From positions 7,965,808-8,013,142 of the forward strand of contig NC_068998.1 in NCBI RefSeq assembly GCF_001194135.2: a DNA stretch of 47,335 bases. Reading direction: 5' to 3'. Below the pieces are notes generated by a model, which was not told the DNA's origin, did not search any database, and saw only the letters and a list, made by a program, of their open reading frames with translations. The stretch comes from Octopus bimaculoides (Eukaryota). Position numbers and translations under genes: made by a program. Positions 39,330 through 47,335 of this stretch are shown here, piece by piece; the stretch's first letter is position 1; each line of letters opens with the position of its first letter.

Positions 39330-40030
39330 TTCCTCATTTTTCTCCTTCCTTCTTTCTTGGAATACAGTTTCATGTTGTTGTTGTCGTCGTCGTCTCTTTG
39401 TCTTCTTTCTTCATTCAAGTTCTTCCCCTTTATAATTTCAAATACCTCTTCCTTGGTTCTTCTTTCAAATTTGCTTTCTTGTTGCTGTTGTTGTTGCCGT
39501 TGTTCAATTTTACTTCCTTTTTTTTTTTTTTACAATTTCTACTTCCCACTCATTTTTCTTGCTCCAAATTCTCTTTCTTTCAAATTTCACTTTTCTTTTT
39601 CAAATTCGTCTTTCAAGCATTTTCAATCGTCCATCTCCTCTCCTCCATCTCCTTCTTCTTCTTTCCTTTTTTCTTATCCACTTCATGTTATTCATTCTTT
39701 CATTCATTCTTTTGTTTCTACATCCATTTCCCTTTTTGTTTTCATTCTTTTCTTCCGGTTCCTTTCTCCCCATCCTCCTCCTCTTTCGTTTCTTTTTCCT
39801 CCCTCTCTCTTCTTCTTCTTCTTCTTCTTCTTCTTCTTCTTCTTCTTCTTCTTCTTCTTTTTCTTCTTCTTCTTCTTCTTACGTTTTCCTCATCCACTTC
39901 ATTTATTCATTCTTTTATTTCTACATCCTCTATTTCCCTTTTGCATTTCCTTCTTTTCTCTCATTTCCTTTTCCTCCCGCTCAACTTCCTCTTCCTCCTC
40001 CACCACCTCCCCCCACCCCGTTTTATTTCT
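39330..40030 (+). repeat. Long polypyrimidine low-complexity tract with (TTC)n core (~39790-39880)
   Basis: C/T-rich composition; it is the source of the spurious F/L/S-rich ORFs here. Confidence 0.9.
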
Positions 40031-40574
40031 TCTTTCTGAAACTAAGCTGCGCTCATCAAACTTTCAACAAAACCACTGCTTTTACAACAGAGACTTGAAA
40101 TCATTAAAGACCATTAAATCGTTAAACCAACATGTGGTTACTAACTTACCTCTAAGGACACATCACAGAAAACAAAATCAGACATGAGTTGTTTTAACTC
40201 TTTACTTAATGAACACAATTGATAAATGAGCGATGTTTACACTATTTCCCCCATGAGCGTTACACAACTTTTATCTAATTTATTTCAATTCATTTGTTGT
40301 CATTGTATATAAATCTACAATGTAAATTATATTGTAGTCCCGAGGTGTATCGGCAATAAATACATCTCAAACGATAATAAAAATAAGATATAACAATGAA
40401 AGAAAACTGTATTAATACAAAAATTGCAAACACAGCATGACGACAATGAAATCACAGATACCTGTGCACATACACAGAATCCATCGTTACTAATTGTAAA
40501 TACTGATTTATATGACAAGCAAAAGGCAGTATGTTTTGCGAGGTGGGGTAGAGGAAGGTTTCTCCGAGTGATTG

Positions 40575-40868
40575 TGACAGGTAACTGGCTGAATCATTTG
40601 AGTGTTAGCTAGAAAAGCCTCGCTTTATTTGTCGTATATCTATACGTTCGGAGTTCAAATCCCGCTTGAAGTCGACTGTGGCTTTTATTCGTCTTGTGCC
40701 GATGCAAAACAATGTATGACACAGCGATGCGCTTGCCTTGAATAATTGTAAGGGCGTTGGCGAAAATGCTTCATGATATTTCATCCGGTCGCATTCCTTT
40801 CAGGTTCAAATACTGCCGAGTCTAACTTCAAATTTTATCATTCCAGCGCCTGTCAAAGTATATACCTG
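40575..40868 (+). mobile_element. Two degraded SINE family A copies in tandem
   Basis: First copy: CTGGCTGAATC...GAGTTCAAATCCCGC...GTCGACT. Second copy: GGCGAAAATGCTT...GGTTCAAATACTGCCGAG. Confidence 0.5.
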
Positions 40869-41464
40869 TTCCGGATGAGGAGTAAGCGGAATTTAGAGAG
40901 TAAGTAATCAAATTTAGCAATCGTTTTAGTTGTTTTGCATTGCTAGGTATTAGATAAACAAAGATTAGTTTTAAATCTTACCAGATCAAGTTGCAGAGAA
41001 TAAATTTCAATTCTGTATCGTAAGAAATAACTAAATGTCGTGGGGAGGGGGAAATTTTTCTTATTCAATGATATCTTAACAACTTGAGCTCGTTACTGAA
41101 TTAAATCAAGCCAAGTTTCCGTTATTTTCGCCGATACTTTTCCCCGCAGCAGTAACATTGCAGAAGCAGGTGTTTAAATAATTTCATATCATTGTCGGAA
41201 ATTATAGCATACATAATTGCAAAGTGTGTAGAGCATCATTGGCTGTGGTATTATCTTCTATGCTCGGCAACAAGTGCAAAACGACTCATAAGAAAAGGAA
41301 TTTTGTTGCAAATCGTTTGAAGTAACTGTTACGCATAATAATGACAAGAAAAATATGAGAAAAGAAACAAATGATGGTGGCAACCTATATACACATATGT
41401 GTGTATAGGTTGCGTGTGTGTGTGTGTGTAGTAACAAAAAGACAAAAATTCCTATTATGCCCAC

Positions 41465-41542
41465 GTGGCGGAATTTGAACTCAGACAAAATACCGCTAAG
41501 CATTTCACCCGGTGTGTTAACGCTTCTACCAGCTCGCCGCCT
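41465..41542 (-). mobile_element. SINE family A, tRNA-like head
   Basis: The reverse complement reads AGGCGGCGAGCTGGTAGAAGCGTTAACACACCGGGTGAAATGCTTAGCGGTATTTTGTCTGAGTTCAAATTCCGCC, with A and B boxes. Confidence 0.8.
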
Positions 41543-43047
41543 TAAATTTGAAACATACATTTGCGTTATGTAAAATGTGTGAGGCGATTCTCAAGTGATC
41601 CGTATCTTAGTTTCAAATTCTCGTACAAGAGTAGTAATTCTGGGTGCAGGTCTAAGTAAACTACATCGATCCCAGTACACAATTCATACCGTGTGAGGGA
41701 ATGTTATGATCTGCGTCACTTATATGTCATGCAACCTGTGAGAGCAACCCCGTGAGTCCTAAAAATGTAGATAGTAATATCCAAGAGTTTGAAATGATGA
41801 ATAGAAATTCTGAAAGTGAAAGAAAGATGATGTGGGCCAGTTGAAAGTCAGAGCATATCGTTAAATCGTTGAAAGTTCCAATCGTCATAATATGGCATAA
41901 CACAGATTTTGGATTAAAACTACCGACAAGAGACCAATATACCGAGGCAATATTTCTAGGAATTTCCAACGAGAACATTTCCGAAACTGCTTTCCAATTC
42001 TAAAGGCGATGACAAAATAATCACATGATCAAGCTACCGCACTTGGAGTTTGAACCTGAAATCCCCGATCTATACAGCACAGATCTATACAGCTCTTAAT
42101 AAAACACATGTATAAACTGAACCTGTTCATGCATCTTAATTACATTAGTTATATAATTCCATTAAAGGTACGCACATATTTTCATTTCCTCTGCAATTGT
42201 TTACATTGGATGGAAAGCAGGAATATGAAAGCGACAACAAGATCTGTAATTCTATTTGTTCATGCATAAATCCATAAAATTAAGCAGAGTTCAGATTCTT
42301 GTCATCAATATATGTTTTTAAAGTAATGTCTCACATCCTCGACATTACGTCGTTCCTACTTCTTCTTTATCTGAGGAAATCATTAATTTCGTTAAATGCA
42401 TGTATACTAAAACATATTAAACGAGACACTAAGCTATCATAATCGCAGATAACATTTCTGCTGTTCCATTAGTTACCCATTAGTATGTTTTGTGCAATCT
42501 TTTGTACATACGTGCGGGCGTACGCGGATGTGTGTGTATGGTGTGGTGGGGTGCATGGATCTGGGAGTTAGTCTGTGTGAATCTATGTGATGTGAATTGC
42601 TTTGTTTTGTTTTTGTTTTTGTTTTTTTTGTTTTGGTTTTGATCTACGAAATATAACGAAATATAATGAAATATATTGTTATTGTTGTGACAAAATTTAC
42701 CACCAAATGCTGCTTGCTGAACAATGCAGAGAGAAAAAAGAAACGCTTAAAAAATAGGTTTAACAACAACACCAGCAGCAGCAAACCAACAACAACAACA
42801 ATATCAATAATAATAATAATAACAACAGCAGCAACAGCAATTGTATTTGCATTTATATCGATAAGATAGATTATAACTGTTCGTTTCTTTCTGTAAAATG
42901 GTTTTCTTTTTCTGATTCATTTATTCGTTTTATAAACCACCATTTTCTTTTTGGCAAAACAGAATAAAAACAAACTTCAGATTATGTATGCATGTATGTA
43001 TGTTTGCATTAATGCATGCATGTATGTATAAACGCAAATATACATAC

Positions 43048-43083
<36 letters not shown>

Positions 43084-43093
43084 NNNNNNNNNN

Positions 43094-43132
<39 letters not shown>

Positions 43133-43810
43133 CATACCTATATATACATATATATAATATGCATGTATACATATCTATATGCGTATGTGTGTGTGTGTGT
43201 ATAAGCATGCAAACATACATATACACATATAAACCCACAAACGTATACATGTGCATGCATTTACTTAAAAATTGTGCATAAATTTCACAACTGCTTAGAC
43301 GTACGTGAATCTCCCGTACGTGAATACGATCGTTTTCCAATGGTACTAAGAAACAGACAGACAACACGACTTGGGAAATAAATTTGCAGATATTTCACAA
43401 TCGATTCCACAAAGAATAACAAGAATGGTAAACCAACAAAAACAGCTAGCATCACCAATTCTTCTTCTACTACTACTACTATCGATATTGAAACCACCTG
43501 TACTATTAACATCACTGCCACCACCACCACCAGTACTACTACAACTGCCAACGCCAGCATTACTATTACTATTAATATCAGCGTCACCACTTATAATACT
43601 AGTACTGCTACTACTACCACTACCAACACCACTACTGCTATTCGAAAACATCTGGCAGAAACAAACGGCAACAACAGAAACATATATATGCAGTATAGCC
43701 GCGAAAACAGCAGAAAGATTGGGTATTATAAGGTATAAAAATGTACCTATACAATTAAGCTAACCGGGCCTGTGATAATAAATCACCGCCAAATTAAACG
43801 TTAAATATTA

Positions 43811-44007
43811 ATTTCTTTATTGGACATAGAGGTGACAAACAAGGACAGACAAAGGGATTAAGTCGATTAGATCGACCTCAGTGCATAACTGGTACTTATT
43901 TAATCGACTCCGAAAGGATGAAAGGCAAAGTCGACCTCAGCAGAATTTGAAATCAGAACGTAACGGCAGACGAAATACCGCTAAGCATTTCGCCTGGCGT
44001 GGTAACC
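43811..44007 (-). mobile_element. SINE family A, near full length
   Basis: The reverse complement reads CACGCCAGGCGAAATGCTTAGCGGTATTTCGTCTGCCGTTACGTTCTGATTTCAAATTCTGCTGAGGTCGACTTTGCCTTTCATCCTTTCGG...TCCCTTTGTCTGTCCTTGTTTGTC...AATAAAGAAAT. Confidence 0.9.
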
Positions 44008-44030
44008 ATTAGGCTACGTACCTTCAGATA

Positions 44031-44310
44031 TACGAGGGTGAGCTGAAAATTTCCTAGCTTTGGGTAAATTAAAATACATAAGGACAAGTTAATTCTGATT
44101 TTATTCAACATATTCTTTTCTCATATTCACACATTTATTGCAGCGGTCCTTAATTCATATTTTATTCAATATATTCCTTTCTCAAAACTCACACACTTAT
44201 TGCATCGGTACTTCAATTAGCCTAAGCACTGTAAAAAAACTCGGAAGTTTGGGCCTCGAACCAGGCCTTTCGCGATACCATTAAAGTCAGGAATCTTTCA
44301 GCACCCCACC
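44031..44310 (+). mobile_element. Mariner-type MITE with both TIRs and an internal 61-bp tandem duplication
   Basis: Left end TACGAGGGTGAGCTGAAAATTTCCTAGCTTT; right end AAAGTCAGGAATCTTTCAGCACCCC, which is the inverse. Duplicated units at 44099-44159 and 44160-44218. Confidence 0.75.
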
Positions 44311-44783
44311 TTGCCACCACCATTACCAATATCCTCTTACATTTTAATGATAAAATGAAGTAATATAAATAAATGATGAAAATTTGAAATAATCTACTAT
44401 ATTCAATCGGATTTGAAATAGCAACCTTATGAAATGGAGTAAAATATTGTCTGGTATGCTGCTCACTGATAATGTTAAAATATTTCTATCTAATATGCTT
44501 CCCTATATTTTCCCCTTCTAAGTGTTCGTGCTATCCGAATGACAACGAAGAATGAAAGGAATATCGGTAAGAAATTCTTATCATACTTGTAAATTTAATT
44601 TTGAGAAGCACATTTTCAAAATTGAAAGAAATCTATGTAAAGTAGAAAATACATATAATGGAAATATTTCCTAATAACTTGAAGAATCTTAACATGTGTT
44701 GAATTTTCAATAGAGAATCTTAAGAAGATTTGTATATATGTATGTGTGTTTGTATGTGCGTATGCGTATATATATGTGTATAT

Positions 44784-44822
<39 letters not shown>

Positions 44823-46094
44823 NNNNNNNNNNNNNNNNNNNNNNNNNNNNNNNNNNNNNNNNNNNNNNNNNNNNNNNNNNNNNNNNNNNNNNNNNNNNNN
44901 NNNNNNNNNNNNNNNNNNNNNNNNNNNNNNNNNNNNNNNNNNNNNNNNNNNNNNNNNNNNNNNNNNNNNNNNNNNNNNNNNNNNNNNNNNNNNNNNNNNN
45001 NNATATATATAGAGAGATATGGAGTGAGAGCTTCTCATATATTTGTAATAAATGAATAAGTCAATCAAAGGGATTTCTAAAATTAAAGATATATAATATA
45101 AAATCTTCGAATTCCTTGTACAAAGATTTTAAAGTATATCGTTGGTTATTTATATTTCTTTCCATTCTTTTGCCATTAATTTTATTTTTGTTATTTTCTA
45201 CATATTCCGTTGGTTTTGGGTTCTATTTGAGATACATTTCTTTCTTTATTTCCTTTTCCTTGCTTTTATTGTTGTTCTGTTTCTCTTCTCTCTCTTTCCA
45301 TATACGAACAAGTTGATATAAATTAATTAAAATTTTATAGATTTTAAAATAGCTATAAATGCTGAAATAAAAATCCCTGACGGAAAATTTAATAATTTGT
45401 ATGCAAGAGGCCTTTTGTTTCTTCCAAATAATATTGCAAGTAAAAGAGAGAGAGAGAAAAAAAATTCGCTAACATTCGCTCGATATAAATTTGTCTTGGT
45501 TTTGAGAATTTCTTAATAAATGCAACACTATTCCTAGCATTTAATTTCTATTTATTTTTGGCTTTATTTTATATTTCTGTTTTACAATCCTGTCAAATTT
45601 GACAAAATATATCTAATAAAATCATTGATAACATTCAGAATCGGAATTTCATTTTGAATAAAAATATTACTTTGAAAAGTTTTAAATTATTATTATATTA
45701 ACATTTATTGTAGGTTAACTTAGGTTAGAACGAAGAATAGATGTTCACATTTTCAAACACTGCATATATTTCCTAACACAAAGCGCACTTACGTGAGGAA
45801 GTATAAACAATGTGAAAATTTTGCTAGTGGGTAATCTATATTTTGTGTTCTGAATCAAAGTACAACAGCCTCGATACTACATAAATAAAAGTACAAGCAT
45901 ATTCGTTATATCGTTCGTGGAACCTTGAAATCCTTTTGAATTCCAGCTTATGTTCAGTTCCATATATACTTCTAATGGCATCTTCATCATATAAATAGTG
46001 TCCCTGCAGTATCAATAATGATGTCAGCATTTAAATGTATTAAAAACAATAACTATGTATGGAATTAATATGAAAACAATTGTTTATATATCCA

Positions 46095-46356
46095 TCGATA
46101 GATAGATAGACATACAGACAGACAGACACACAGACAGACATACAGACAGATAGATAGATAGAGAGAGAGAGGAGTAGGTAGGTAGTTAGGCAGGCAGGCA
46201 GATAGATAGCTAGCTAGCTAGCTAGCTAGCTAGCTAGATAGATAGATGGATAGATAGATAGATAGATGGATAGCTAGATGGATAGCTAGATGGATAGATA
46301 GATAGATGGATAGATAGATAGATAGATAGAAAGATAGATAGATAGATAGATAGATT
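46095..46356. repeat. Compound tetranucleotide microsatellite (GATA/GACA/GGTA/GGCA/GCTA/GATG) with (CTAG)7 at 46210-46237
   Basis: Read directly. Confidence 0.9.
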
Positions 46357-46503
46357 TAGGTAGGATGATATAAGATTCCCACCCTAAATATCGAAATCAC
46401 AAAAATGTGCATCTGAAGATTGAGATGCATTGTTATAAAAAGACGTTAAGACCGATGTGCTGCTACTGGTTAAAAGCCGATCGCTAGTACACAGTTACAT
46501 GTA

Positions 46504-46710
46504 CAGTAATCCCTCGACTATCGCGGGTGTTACGTTCCAAAAATCCCGCGATAGCTAAAAATCCGCGAAGTAGAATCAATACTGTATATTTTTTTTATAA
46601 TTTGTATATATTTATTTTATTATAAATGCAAAACAACACCACGGAGGAATCGATGTTAGCTTCAATAATAAACCGCGAGAGGTGAACCGCAATATGGCGA
46701 GGGAGTATTG
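46504..46710. mobile_element. pogo/Tigger-type MITE with TA target-site duplication
   Basis: Left TA-CAGTAATCCCTCGACTATCGCGG and right CCGCAATATGGCGAGGGAGTATTG-TA form imperfect inverted termini; the interior is non-coding and AT-rich. Confidence 0.75.
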
Positions 46711-47335
46711 TACACATGTACTAGTATATAGTCTATGCATAATACTACTATACTGTCCGTTATAACCGACAATTCTATGCTTTCAATCCAAATATTCACT
46801 GACATTGGAATTTTCTCAATCAAAATTTTTATTGTTTTTTTTTTAAATAATTTTAATTATAAGCATTAGTTATCGTGAAACATACGTCTAGAAAAGTCAG
46901 GTACGTTTTCACAATTATATTTCTATATTTATATCCCCTGTGTATGCAACGCAACAGAATGAAAGATAAAATGGCAAGAATAAAGGAATAACATTATAGG
47001 TTTTGTACAGTCTTTAATCTGAGACATTGAAACTTTAGGTACAAGTCATTCCTAAATTTGCATTTCACTACCATCCTTTACAGTTTCATAGAATATGTAA
47101 CTTTGGTATATTGCAGGGTGTTCAACTAATCGATATTGGCCATCACTTTTGGCAAAATGTTGACATGCACCAGGACAAATAAAATCAATATAGCAAAAAG
47201 GAAATCTGTTCAAAGTAATATTTTTTATATTCTTTATACATTCTTTCCTCGCTGTATATATTTTGTATACTTTTCTGCGTTTCTGTACACGAACAAGTAC
47301 ATCCAAAGAAGCACAGACACACACACACACACACA

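Larger units (their letters stand above)
3189..45002. other. 15 assembly gaps (N runs) scattered across this interval
   Basis: Gaps at 3189-3376, 5515-6360, 8714-8975, 10602-10987, 12559-12568, 20789-20836, 22832-22954, 23761-24011, 27447-27507, 28520-28855, 29705-29992, 31476-31925, 36502-37370, 43084-43093 and 44823-45002. Confidence 0.95.

Noticed and set aside
39305-40187. 244-, 276- and 179-aa F/L/S-rich ORFs resembling membrane proteins
   Set aside because: All three frames are open over a C/T-only tract; this is a compositional artefact.
40478-40580. Candidate exon NPSLLIVNTDLYDKQKAVCFARWGRGRFLRVIVT with donor CAG/GTAACT
   Set aside because: The phase fits 38615, but the donor lies inside the head of a degraded SINE and the acceptor lacks a pyrimidine tract.
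41727-41978. GPCR-like transmembrane reading of the minus ORF (HIIFLSLSEFLFIIS)
   Set aside because: A hydrophobic F/L/S bias is expected from the antisense of a GAA/AAA-rich frame, and no other GPCR motifs are present.
43285-43763. Pro/Leu/Val/Ser-rich ORFs on both strands
   Set aside because: They are readings of ACT/ACC trinucleotide low-complexity sequence.
50-44007. tRNA genes, suggested by A- and B-box motifs
   Set aside because: The boxes lie in multi-copy SINE heads that continue into SINE bodies; no complete cloverleaf is evident.
5477-45068. Long ORFs full of X with YI/HT/CV repeats
   Set aside because: They are open only because they cross N gaps and (AT)n or (CA)n repeats.
1-47335. 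CRISPR array, rRNA, operon or prokaryotic defence-type system
   Set aside because: There are no regularly spaced repeat-spacer units, no gene-dense segment and no long intact ORF; the window is intron-type eukaryotic DNA.

Overview
AT-rich, intron-type animal genomic DNA from a draft scaffold with 15 N gaps, 12 of them abutting (AT)n runs. The repeat families look like those of octopus, which is an inference from recognised SINE sequences and not a database result. There is no long genuine ORF: nearly all ORF-track entries are microsatellite or N artefacts. Real content: (1) many copies of two tRNA-derived SINE families; (2) three decayed fragments of R4/Dong-type (restriction-like endonuclease) non-LTR retrotransposons, each directly abutting a trinucleotide microsatellite; (3) a decayed RTE-type LINE fragment; (4) two mariner-type MITEs and one pogo/Tigger-type MITE; (5) abundant di-, tri- and tetranucleotide microsatellites. 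A manual splice-site scan also finds a phase-consistent chain of six plus-strand exons (7260-20527), with weaker candidates out to 38615, encoding a protein I cannot identify. Two of these exons carry a single in-frame TGA and one carries a stop or frameshift, while the splice sites look intact. This suggests a recent pseudogene, a null allele or assembly error, or less likely recoding. No CRISPR, rRNA, true tRNA or prokaryotic-type system is supported.
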